Shown: piece by piece, positions 1 through 11,199 of the stretch
How positions within the stretch are numbered: position 1 is the stretch's first letter
Layout: each line of letters opens with the position of its first letter
Source: Takakia lepidozioides
Lineage: Eukaryota > Plantae > Bryophyta
Assembly: GCA_030704615.1 (NCBI GenBank)
Contig: CM060734.1
Coordinates: forward strand, 1,550,001 to 1,614,000
DNA length: 64,000 nucleotides
Direction: 5' to 3'
Notes under the pieces: model-generated
What the model was told of the DNA's origin: nothing
The model's database searches: none
What the model saw: only the letters and a program-made list of their open reading frames with translations
Position numbers and translations under genes: made by a program

Positions 1-310
1 ATGCCTTTCGGTCTTACAAATGCTCCAGCAATTTTCCAACATATGATGAATGACAACTTTCGAGAATTTTTAGATGACTTTGTAGTCATCTATTTGGACG
101 ACATTTTGATATTTTCACATAATGAAGAAGAACATTGTAGGCCGTCATATACGCCTTGTCCTTGATAATTTAAGAGAAAGATGATTATATGCCAAGTTGG
201 AAAAATGTCTTTCCATCAATCTGAGGTCGAATTTCTGGGCTACATTATTTCCGACAAAGGTGTCTTTATGGATCAGAAGAAAATACAAACCATCATCGAG
301 TGGATTAAAC
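1..310 (+). pseudogene. Ty3/gypsy reverse transcriptase fragment
   Basis: Translates [61 protein letters not shown] with frameshifts; YLDD motif present. Confidence 0.9.
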
Positions 311-329
311 CTCGCAGGAATCCTGACTG

Positions 330-2250
330 GCATACAGTGTATGCCCACCATGTCTGGAAGCTTATACTGTAAGACTTGTGTCAACCTCTTGCGGGCAAGA
401 TTAGTGTATGCCCGTAGCTCATCATCTGTATAGCTGAGTGGTGTGCCAATGACTTTGGAGAAGTATAGCCACTTCTTGGCTTCATGCCCCTTGGAAAAAA
501 TGTGGTCAAGACCCAAGTTCTCCTTGGTCAAGTTCTCCAGAGCAAAAGTAAACCAAGAACGAAGTTGGGGATCCTTCTGAAGCATGATCCTTACATCATA
601 CAGATATGTATGTGATAGAACTGAAGGTAACACCCAATGCTCTCCACTGGAATAAGTCTGAAATCTCATCTGTATCTTCTGCTGCTCAATGTGATAGCGT
701 GAAATAAAACAAGCAGTATATTACAATCCACAACCCATGACCAAACTAGGTACCTCCTTGGTCTCGGTGTAAGTGAATCCATGAACAATCTGGAAGGCAA
801 TTTATTCCTTTAGCATGGTTCTTACCTCAGACCGGTACCGCGCAAAATGGTGATCTTCAATGGGTCTGTCAGTTGGAAGAACTTTAGTCCGAGTTGCCAC
901 TAGCAACCAAATGCGCATAATCTGGTAATAGAGTGCCAAAGACTCTGGAGGACTGAATTCTTTCCAAGCCAAATCCATAACAATGGGAATTTGGTTGAAG
1001 GGTAGAATCATAGCCCGATTGTATTCAAGTGCAACAGGAGTAAAGAAGCATCACCCCAAACCTCAGACAGTGATTGCTGCAGTGCCATGGTATCAACACT
1101 GTCGACCTAGCGTGGTTGCTGTGATGTTGTTGCCACAGTCCCTCCTGATGTTGGCAAGTCTTGCACTTCCTGTGCTGAAGATTGGAAAATCAAAGTCCTT
1201 GCGTGCAAATAAGTAGTTGTTCCTTAGGAACAAAGGCCTTTTTGTCAATGTTGGAGCTCAAGTCATCCACTTGAGTCTGCAGTCCTTCTACATCCTCCTG
1301 TAACTCAACTATCCGACTATAGACATTGTCTATAGTGGTTGTGGCAATGTTCTACACCCGTAACCTGAGATCATTCATCTCGTCTTGGGTGAGCTTTCTT
1401 AGTGCTTTCCCTTCCACTGGCCCTTGTGTTAACCACTCTTGCAAATGATGATTATCCACCAAGTCTTGTGTAACACTACGGAGATCCTGCTCCTCCTTGA
1501 GCCGGTATGCTTCCAACTGCTGTTGTAAACTCTCCATGCGCTTCGCATGAGGCTCAACCAGAGCTGCATAGGCAGCTGACAAATTATTGGCTTCTTTCCA
1601 GGCCATTTCACTCACAGAAAGTTCATTCTCCCGTACTGTGATTGTTTGCTGCAATTCAAAGATGTACTTGTCCTTCTGGGCATCGACCCGGTGGAACTGC
1701 TGAATGATATCCTCATTGCGACAGATATAGCCTTCATGTCAGCAATGAGTTTCCCCTGCTCCTAAACTGATTGTCATGGCTATAACAGGAGCAATTTCTC
1801 TCCTTTACTCGCATTACCTGTTTTTTTGCTTCGTATCGCGAGTGGGATCAGATGGCTCAAGCTGCGTCGCTTCCACAAGTCTTAAAGGTTGTAGTGGTTG
1901 CACACATCTTTGTTTGCTTTCCATAGCATGCTTGACAGCGATAGCAAGCACGCACACCTGCTGATACTTGATGCATCCTCACTAACTGGCACCTTTGTGG
2001 TGGGTTCTTGGGACGGGCACAGGTAAGGGTGCTGCGATTTTCGTGATATGTTAAGGTACTCTATACAAAGATGAGGAAGGAAAGGATGCTGCCACATGTT
2101 GCAAGAAGCAAGGGTGACTCTAGCCCACCATGTGATGGCAGGCTCTGGATTGAAAGGTTTTTTAAGGGAAATAGAAACCTAGGCCTGGTTCTAGTGTTTT
2201 GCCTGCTCAATACTTCCGACTCCAACGTCCTCCACTTGGTTTTTATACAC
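330..2250 (-). other. Degraded coding-like region of unknown product, possibly a retroelement accessory ORF
   Basis: Collinear minus-strand ORF pieces (145-669, 802-1011, 1352-1654, the last coiled-coil-like) with no recognisable motif. Confidence 0.3.
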
Positions 2251-2255
2251 ATACA

Positions 2256-2710
2256 GGAAGTCGCCACCGACTACAAAAACAGGGGATTGGCGGAAAAATC
2301 GACTGTAGTCGATGCCGACTACATAGCCCAGATGGTATAATATGTGCGAAGTATAGTTTCAATGACCTGTTGTGGTGGTAGTCGGTAGCGACTATCCGCA
2401 CGGATAATGCCACCCATTGTTAAATTCCGTAGAAGTCGCTGCCGACTACAACATTAGCATACAAAATGAAAAAATGTTAAGTTTGCATGGTATCGTTTGG
2501 TCGTTGACGGCCCTTCATAACGCTTATGGAAAGCCGGATTTTCCGTGGTCCTTCAAAAGTGTATGCTCCATGAACACATAGTCGGGAACGACTACGGTAA
2601 TCTACATCACGACAATGACAGTGTGGCATGTGCATGTAGTCGGTAGCGACTATCCGTTGGAATCATGACACCCATTGAACAATTGGAATATAGTCGCTGC
2701 CGACTACATT
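2256..2710. repeat. Array of spaced palindromes GTAGTCG-N4-CGACTAC (left arm of a putative outer element)
   Basis: About 7 copies, e.g. GTAGTCGATGCCGACTAC at 2305-2322; the same motif recurs at 17740-18160. Confidence 0.8.
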
Positions 2711-2961
2711 ATTTCGCATAGAACATGTTGTAATGCGAGGTTTTGGTGTGTCCAAAACCTGCGGTCTTGGACGCTTGATAAACGTCGTTTAAACGTCGGT
2801 AAACTTCGCTTCGCTCTTTCGTGTCCATACGATGAGTCCGAAACAGGAAATGGCTAATTGGTCAATGAATGTGTTCCGTGTGGCCATTACGCAATACAGT
2901 TCGGGACGATGAAATTGTATTGTGGGTTTTATTTTCTTTATTAGTAATAAAATATTGACAA

Positions 2962-3033
2962 CCAGCATGTAGCCCAGTGGTAATGGGCACATACCACGTT
3001 GGATGTGGTTGTGGGTTCAAACCACCATCTGGT
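2962..3033 (+). other. tRNA-like sequence with Pol III A and B boxes (SINE head or tRNA relic)
   Basis: TAGCCCAGTGG (A box, ~2970) and GGTTCAAACC (B box, 3014-3023) at tRNA spacing; cloverleaf imperfect. Confidence 0.5.
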
Positions 3034-3492
3034 GTGTCATGAAGGTGTCCACCTTCCTGTTATAAGAGGTAAAAAATAAAAAAGAGTTGGACTAAATTAA
3101 TTAATTAATTGAATATATATATAATAGTACTACTATGTAACATTTTCGGCCACAAGTATGTATGCACGAAATTCAAATTGAACTTGTTCCATATAATGTA
3201 CGAATGAAAAACTGTTGTGAATGTGGAAGTGGATGACGTTTTTGGGGATGCTAGCATCCATTCATTTTCGAAATCGAATTTTGGAGTGGAGATTTTGCCG
3301 CGTTCCATGGAGTACGCATCCAACATGGATATGGGCACGTAGGTGTAGTATTTTAGGCATCCGTTGAGGGCCACATAGAGTTGTTTTGTCATGCCTTTGT
3401 GTGTGCTCCACTGTACCCCCTGTTGTGAATTCGTTTTTCCACCTCCCGACCCTCCGCCTTCCTTTGCACTGTGGAGCTGCGGAAGTTTAGTC

Positions 3493-4222
3493 ATGGAGCA
3501 CATTGGGGATGACGACGACGAGTTCACCCTGTCCACGCAAAATCGTAGGGTCCTGCGCACTCGCACGGTCGTCTCCCAGCAGAGTACTGAGGGCGGTCCG
3601 GGTAAACCACCAAAGAAGACCGGGAAGCTCCGGAAGAAAGGAATGACCTCGCAGGAAGGAGGCATGGTGTCCACAGCCACCACCTTCTCGGGGGAACGCA
3701 TTCCTCAATCGCCCCCTACAGCAGCAACCAGCGCCTTGCCTGGTCCAGCCACAAGCGCACAGGGAGGTGGGACCTCCAATCCGGCGAGTGCCTTCAACGT
3801 TCAAGCAGACATAGTGTTGACTGCTGACATGCGCAAGCAAGCGCTTTTGTCCTTGACAACAAGCGCGATGAACCACACTATGAGCTCCATTGCGCACTTG
3901 CTGAAGAATGGGGCTCCTCCACGAATCTCGTTGTGTAGGATGAAGCCATTTCCGGCTGTTCGAATGGCAGAGCAACCGGGCACCAACAAGCTCAAGTTAT
4001 TCTTCGAAGCAGATAGGTACAACGACGCCTTGGCCTCGCTGCTGCTTTCTACAAACAACAACAATGGAGAGTCGCAAGAAATCGAAGCCGCAGATCGGGA
4101 AAAATGGTCGGCACAATGGCAAGTAGCGGACGCCGTATTTGAGAATGACATCAAGAACACAGAGTGGGAGTTCCTATCGAACAAATGGCTCCACATATAT
4201 GACGACAATCATAGGTGGTACG
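3493..4222 (+). pseudogene. ParB/Srx-like domain gene, 5' part, interrupted by the MULE insertion
   Basis: RISLCRMKPFPAVR..EKWSAQWQ..FE..KWLHIYDDNHRWY aligns with RIPLCRLVSLQVVR..DKWGPHWQ..FE..KMFYVWDDNHRLL in the 9.0-9.4 kb gene; the frame resumes after the TSD at 17507. Confidence 0.75.
4214..4222 (+). repeat. Left target-site duplication GGTGGTACG
   Basis: Identical 9-mer at 17498-17506 immediately outside the opposite TIR. Confidence 0.95.
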
Positions 4223-4330
4223 GGGGGCTGCTATTTCATGAGCGGCATGAGCATGAGCGGAAAAAAAAAAAGCATGAGCAGACCATTGTGAGTCCACGGA
4301 AATAGGGTTAGGAGGCACGGAAATAGGGTC
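4223..4330 (+). repeat. Left TIR and subterminal region with CATGAGC repeats
   Basis: GCTATTTCATGAGCGGCATGAGCATGAGCGG; reverse complement of 53330-53416. Confidence 0.9.
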
Positions 4331-4443
4331 ATGTGAAGTTGGAATGTGGCACCAGTGGACTTGAAATGCAACATTTTATTGCAAATTTTGTGGCAAGCCA
4401 CGTCTATACAAATGTGTTCTAACTGTCATAGCCGGAATGGGCA

Positions 4444-7400
4444 CTACTCTCCTACACCCTCCGAGGAACTTGCCCCACCTTCTTCCTCATCCCCCTCATC
4501 CCCCTCATCCTCCGAGCTCTGTGATGCATCAGTTCCACTATGCCTCTCAAAAATCCCGTCCTCTCCTTGGGGGACTGTCCACCTCACCTCCTGGGAATCT
4601 TCTGCGTCTTCTCCCCCACTTTCCTCAGCAGAATCCAACACAAATTTACGAGCCCGACGGGCTCTAATAGCTGCTGCCTCCTCCCTCATCTTCATTTTCT
4701 TGAGGCTTGCCTCGTCTAAAATCTGCTGTACACGACTACGTTCGGAACACCTCCTAATGGACACCGAAGCAAGCCGGGCAGCATAAGTAGGAAGGATGTA
4801 CTCCCTTTCTGGACTAGGCATGAAATCCCCCCTGGCAAAAAAAGGCACGTTCCTCCTACCCATGAACTCCGGTGTAGATGTCCCTCCGGTAGTACTTGGC
4901 ATCCTACAGTAAGAACAAATCCACTTGAAGAATGTCAATACCAGCACAACCAGAAAGGGTTTTCAATGAAATAAGAGAGCGGAGGGAGGTGCCTCACAAA
5001 ATCTGGAGGCAACTTACAATGCCACCACTCACTCGTAAACCGGGGGCTCCTCGGCCTCGATCCCAACTTCCTCCCCCTGCTCCTTCTCGGATTTTTCCTC
5101 ATCCTCCGAGGATGCCTCTTCCTCTTTCGGCAGACGTTCAGCCGCTGCAAGTTCCGAGTTGTGGAGGGCAGTATCTGGCTCGAAGGAAAAACACATGCCT
5201 GTCGGACAACGTCCCTGCCCACATTGAAGCACCTGAGGAACAAAGCGGGCGGTTAATAGCTTGCGGCATGCAATTGCAATGGGGCCAGGGGACAAACTGA
5301 GCACGTGAAGGCTTACCCGTGCCGCATGTGAGGTCCAGAATCCGCCCTTGGACATCCGAGCACGTCTCCATGAGGGTTTGGATGAAAGCAGGGCTCCGGG
5401 TCCGGCTGTACCGCCACGGTTTGCCTGTCTTTGTGTCCTTCGGCATACTAGAGTGGGGCACATAGTTGTAGAGGACATCGTAGGTTACAGGGTCCACAGC
5501 GGCATCAACAAGACGACCGTCGTTGCGGAATTTGAACGTAGACCCTCTCTTCACAAAGCAATATGCCTCAAACACCAATGTCTGCACATCCAACAAAGAA
5601 GGGATCAATTCCAGGGTCTACTTAACATACACCACAATATGAAGTGAATGCAATAGATTGATAACTTACACTTTGGCCCTCTGTTCGCAACCCCTGCGTA
5701 CTGATGCAGAACCATTTTCTGAGGAGGACCGGGGTGACACTTTTCGGTGTCCACCTTGCCACCGCATTCTCTGTGGTCTTCCCTCTCGTGGCAAGGACAA
5801 CCACACATCCACCGTCATCCAGAAGCATCCCCGCCAGCCCAAACCCGGCTTTCCAGTAGTCCTTAGTAAACCTGTTCCAGGTGGGCACACCATCCAGGCC
5901 CTCCAGCAGCTCCCCATCTGGAATGTCGAGGAGAATCATGTCGCAAGCTCTCTCCACCTCAACCCCCCCCCCCGAGTGCTCTTGCAATTCGTGCTCACAG
6001 CCGTGAAGAATTCCATCATGGCTTCAAAACCAGGGGTGTCTTTAGGCTCTGTACCGGCAGCCCTCTTCTTGGCTTTCCCCTTCTGCTCCGCCAGAGACTT
6101 GTTGTGTGCCACCTTCTTCGCCCTGGCAGCGAGAGCGTCAAGGAAGCTCTCATTGATGCATTGGATGATGGTTGGAGGTTCTAGCTTTGGCCTGTGCGTA
6201 AACGTCACCGCCGAATACCGCCGTGTAGGCTCGCCCTCAAATGCCAACTTCTTGGCAGAGCCAGTCCCACTCCGAACTGACTTGGGAACCCGGACGACCG
6301 GTGACTGGGTAGGAGCAACAGCAGTCGCAGGACCTTGAACAAAATCGGCGTCGGAGTCACTCTCTTGGGTCCCCTCCTGCGCCTCCTCCGATGCCCCGAT
6401 GGTTTTCTTCTTTTTGGGTGTTACTGCAGTCACCTGTTTCCTTGTCCTTTTCCTTTGACCTTTACTCTTCTCATGCAATTTCTCCTGAATTCCTGCCTGA
6501 GCAAGCTCTGCCGCTTTCCTGGAGTTCGCAAGCGCTTTTGCCTCTTTTGCACCCAACGGAGGCAGCGGAGCCGGTTTCGTCGGAATTCAGCATCCAGCTT
6601 CAATTGAAACTCGGATGGGTCGAGCGAGCCGGGCGGAAGGTCCACATACCAAGGGCAATCACGCAAATGTTCCAGATGCCACTCCTTCACAATATCGTCA
6701 GTGTACATGGAGTCAGCCCCAGGGTTCCTCCATGCCAGGAAGAATGGTGGCTCGAAAGACAGATGACCTTTCTCCAAAAGGGAGAACTTACAGTACCTGC
6801 ATTCATGAAAAACACAATGAGGTCCGAAAATGGCTAAGTCCCTGAACGGCAATAGGGCCTACAACTGGAATATGGCGCCGAATTTCCACTTCAGGGCCAC
6901 CCAGTCTAGGGACTTAGCCCGAAAATGGCTAAGTCCCTGAACGGCAATACGGCCTGGAACTGGAAAATGGCGCCGAATTTCCAGTTCAGAGCCAGCCAGT
7001 CTAGGGACTTAGCCCGAAAATGGCTAAGTCCCTGGACGGCAATAGGGCCTAGAACTGGAAAACGGCGCCGAATTTCCAGTTCCGGGCCAGCCACCCTAGG
7101 GACTTAGCCCGAAAATGGCTAAGTCCCTGGACGGCAATAGGGCCTAGAACTGGAAAACGGCGCCGAATTTCCAGTTCCTGGCCAGCCACCGTAGGGACTT
7201 AGACCGAAAATGGCTAAGTCCCTGGACGGCAATAGGGCCTGGAACTGGAATATGGCGCCGAATTTCCACTTCAGGGCCAGCCAATCTAGGGACTTAGCCC
7301 GAAAATGGCTAAGTCCCTGAACGGCAATACGGCCTGGAACTGGAAAAGGGCGCCGAATTTCCAGTTCAGGGCCAGCCAGTCTAGGACTTAGCCCAAAAAT

Positions 7401-10384
7401 GGCCAAGTCCCTGGACGGCAATAGGGCCTAGAACTGGAAAACGGCGCCGAATTTCCAGTTGCGGGCCAGCCACACTAGGGACTTAGGCCGAAAATGGCTA
7501 AGTCCTGAACGGCAATAGGGCCTAAAACTGGAATATGGCGCCGAATTTCCACTTCAGGGCCAGCCAGTCTAGGGACTTAGGCCGAAAATGGCTAAGTCCC
7601 TGAACGGCAATAGGGCCTGGAACTGGAAATGGCGCCGAATTTCCAGTTCCGGGCCAGCCAGTCTAGGGACTTAGCCATTTTCGGAGCCCTGACTGGAAAT
7701 TCGGCGCCATTTTCCCTAACACCACTTGAGGCTCTAACATCCTGAAATGCCAGGACTTGAAAGAAAGGCAGCGTGTATGTACCTGTACAGAAGGCGCATT
7801 GCTGCTTTGTCCGCGTTCGGCTGGTCGGTGAACTCGTGGCTCCGGCGAGCATCTGCTATCTCCCGAAAGAATAGGTTGGTTTTGTAGAGCAGAAAGTACC
7901 TCGTCACATAGTCACGTAGGCTCTCTGCTGCAAGAGATATCTCCATCTTGAACTGATGTGCTTGTGTGTCCAGCTGCTCTTGCGCATTCGTCGTCACCTG
8001 TGGAGATTGTCCATCAGATCGCTTTCCTCAAAAAATACAATGAATCCACCCCCTACTAGAGTAGAAGCCCCAAACGAAGCGTGGGGAAGTACCTGAAACC
8101 ACCATGTCATGCGGTTCATCCACATGTCGAATGTGGGGTCAGAGAGTTTGTCCGGTTTGGGGAAGCTCCACATGTCCCTGGTACTTTGGGAACCATTCCA
8201 GATTTGGAGCCACCGGGTCTGTCCAACCACCCAGCATATTCGTAAGCGCCAACACCACAAAAAGGAGTTGTTGCCACCACAATTTTGTTAAGAATGTATC
8301 ACCTTTTCTGTTGCATCCACACAGGATGTGGCTAGACGATGGAGCTTCTCCAATGTCATCGTGGGCTTCAGAGCGCGAGAGTAGTGCTTCCCCACCTCCA
8401 CCAGAAAGTCGGCACCAAGGGCGGGATCAGCTATGGCCACGTACTTTACCATCCACACTTGTACTTTATGCGGGCCCTCACCTCCGCAGCTTGACATACG
8501 ATTCGAGTTCCGGGAGGGTTGGATTCTTCTCCTCTGACTCCATGTAGAACCTCCGCGCATGTGCCAAATCTTGCTTATTTTCGTCTGTCAAGAATGCGCA
8601 CATAAGATTAGAGATCCTGCTCAACACAATTTCTTCTATTGGGGGAGGAGAGACAGATTAGCTCAACAAAACTGTCAGGAGCTTTACCCGAAATATGTAG
8701 TCCACCATGGCGTCGACGCTCAGCCTATACCAGGTTCTGTCTGCCTTTGCCTCCGACTTGTGCAGGAGGTCGGCACTGAGGGAATTGGCAAACTCTTGCA
8801 CCCCCTGCTTCCCGACATCCTTCACTCGGAAGAGCATATGGGACAAGTTGGTGGCAATGAAGGCATTCTCAGTCACCCTGCAGTGCCACATTTCCATTAA
8901 ACAATACTGAAATGGGAATTTTCATCATATATGAGGAATCGCAATGAAATGACTTCCAAATTCAAAGTCCAAAAGCGAGAGGGGTTGTAGCTTACGAGTT
9001 GATGTCGGCCATTGCAGCTTTGAGAAGACTGCGATCTTTGGGCCCTGCAACCTTCAGCACAACACAATCGACGGCGAAATGCCAATCGAGATCGTTGGGG
9101 TGGGCTTGGGCAATGTGCTCCATCCATGCCAGGAGGCGATGATTGTCGTCCCACACGTAGAACATCTTACCGGACATGTGCTGGAAAAGAGGATCACTAG
9201 CAATCGATCTCTCGAACTCCTCATTTCGCGTTTGCCAATGGGGACCCCATTTGTCCACCTCATCGGAAGTGTGGGCACGGGAAGCTCCGTGGTCGTTCTC
9301 AATGGAAACGTAAAAAGGCGGCAGACCCCATTCGATATCCATCCCGGAAAGAGAATTTCAGCTTGTCGATATCGCCTGGGAGGGCAGGTCTCACCACCTG
9401 CAATGACACCAAGCGGCAAAGGGGAATTCGAAGCTTGGCCGGGTACACCATGCCCCCCAGCACCCTGCCAATGTTGCTGTGGGTTGCCTCCAACATCTTG
9501 GCAGCGGCCAACTTCATATCCGCCTCAGACATGACGTCTGCTGCAGAGGGGTTTTCCAGTAGCCCACTAGGACCGCCAAATCCAGCCTGTATGCTCCGGG
9601 TTTGGGGCCTGGGGATGTCCGGGAGGATGTCATCCTGGTCAGAAACCTCCATGTCGTCCTCCTCAACAGGGTCAGCCACCTGCGAAACCACCTCCAGCAC
9701 TCTCGTCGTCTCTACTGCCCTCTCCTTGGCTTCACCTCGAACTTGCACAATCCGTGCTCTTTCAGGTGTTCTTTCCTCTCCTCCACTCTCCACCGTATGG
9801 GTAATTGCGGGGGCTGCTCTTGCCCGCGATGGTCTAACCGGTGTGCTACTGCCTCTCTGTGGTGTCTTGTAGGGATCCACCGTCTCTGTGGGTCCCTCGC
9901 TTACATTGGCATCTGTCATTTGGGCACCCCTGGCCTCTTCAGCTGCCTTTTGTCTTTCCTCCTGGCTAGCATTCTGTCTCGTCTGTTCTTTTGCCCTCTC
10001 TTTTGCCCTCTCACGGGCTTTCTGTTTCTTACTAGGGCTAGCAGCAGGGGAGCCCTCCAGGACGACCACCTTTGATTGAGGCGAACTGACACCCTCGCGC
10101 GCACTGCTCACTCCCCCCTCCGCAGCCCGTGACTGCTCTCTCGCCGGGGATTGCATGTGCTTAGCTTTCTTCTTTTTCTTTGCGTGGGCGGGCCCTACTG
10201 CATGTGCATGAACAACCTCCATTGCCGGATCTGCTGTCCTCATGTCCTCACGCCCTTCACCTACCATGCCGCCTGCACCAACCTCCCCAATGCCTACTCT
10301 GTCGTAATCTCGTTGCAAGTCCTCCCGTCCACCAACAAAAGGTTTAAGTTTGCCCTCTCGCCCCAAGTTGGGCGATTCAAACAT
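4444..10384 (-). CDS. Multi-exon ParB/Srx-like domain + beta-class amino DNA methyltransferase-like fusion gene (several single-base frameshifts; true start may be further upstream)
   Basis: ParB-box-like VWDDNHRLLAW (~9150); motif IV-like DMILLDIPDG (~5930); RTRSPAFIQTLMETCSDVQGRILDLTCGTG|ASMWAGTLSDRHVFSFEPD (motifs X-I-II, 5400-5175). GT-AG introns include 8995-8878, 7782-6797 and 5032-4904, joined in frame; the last two positions are conserved in paralogous relics. Confidence 0.72.
6826..7712. repeat. Intronic tandem array, 95-bp unit x ~9, each unit hairpin-like with a GGCGCCGAATTTCC core
   Basis: GAAAATGGCTAAG recurs at 6826, 6921, 7016, 7111, 7206, 7301; GGCTAAGTCCCT...AGGGACTTAGCC arms in each unit. 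Confidence 0.92.
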
Positions 10385-11199
10385 GCGATGAGTTGGAGCT
10401 GTCGATGATACCACCAGCGTGCCGGGCTCGTCGTCACTCTGTCATTGACAAAAATCGTGAAAACCAACATCGGTGCAAAAAGCAGCATCGCAACGAGCAG
10501 CGCAACCACCATAGCAACAATCATGTAGCAAAAATGAAAACATAACAAGTTTAGGAAGTATGGAGAGCCATGCAACAACAATGAAAACAAATGCAACCAT
10601 TGCCTAAGAATGACATGCACAAGCAGCCTTCTCCAGAGCTGCCGGATTTGCACACGCATTGCAAACAATCTAAGGTTCACTCAACTATCTAAAGTTCACT
10701 CATACAGCAAAGCCAGGATGAAGATGCAAAAACAAAGCGAGGTAACAAAGCGAAAGCAAAAAATAAATCGAACAAACCGAAAGCAGAAGTGGCTTGCCTG
10801 AGAGTACTCGGCTTCAGTTGGCGCAGGTTGTGAGCAAGACACTGGAATCTCCTGCTGGAGCTTCAGTTTGGCCATGCGAGAGATTGGCCGTCGTCCGTAG
10901 TACAGAGCTTTCAACTTCCGCCGCGGTCTGGATGTGAGGTCTCTCTCAGGAGAGCCACGCCCTTCAGGCGGCATAAGTCCCAGCCAAAAAGATCTCTTTT
11001 TTTGGGGTACATGCCTGGAATACCATGTTAAGCCAAGTTTAGCATGAGATTTAGGGTACGTGTCCAGGAAGCCATGCGTCGCCAGCCCGAATAATAACCG
11101 ACGGCCGTCGACATTTATTGCCCAACTGCGCAATTAAATGTCGGATGAAGCCCTCCATGTCGGATGAAAATCGACGTAAACAGTCCCGGAATTTCCAAC

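Noticed and set aside
3105-3701. 198-aa minus-strand ORF and other long antisense ORFs
   Set aside because: Shadows of GC-rich coding sequence on the opposite strand.
4300-4330. Telomere-like TAGGGTT next to the TIRs (also ~62360)
   Set aside because: Only 1-2 units; too short to call a telomeric repeat, at most a telobox.
4444-10384. Bacterial or phage contamination as the source of the ParB-MTase gene
   Set aside because: The gene has multiple spliceosomal GT-AG introns conserved between paralogs and lies inside a TSD-flanked eukaryotic transposon.
10696-11160. Possible first exon(s) of the ParB-MTase gene
   Set aside because: It would need a frameshift and a GC donor, and no homolog in the window supports it; left out of the gene model.
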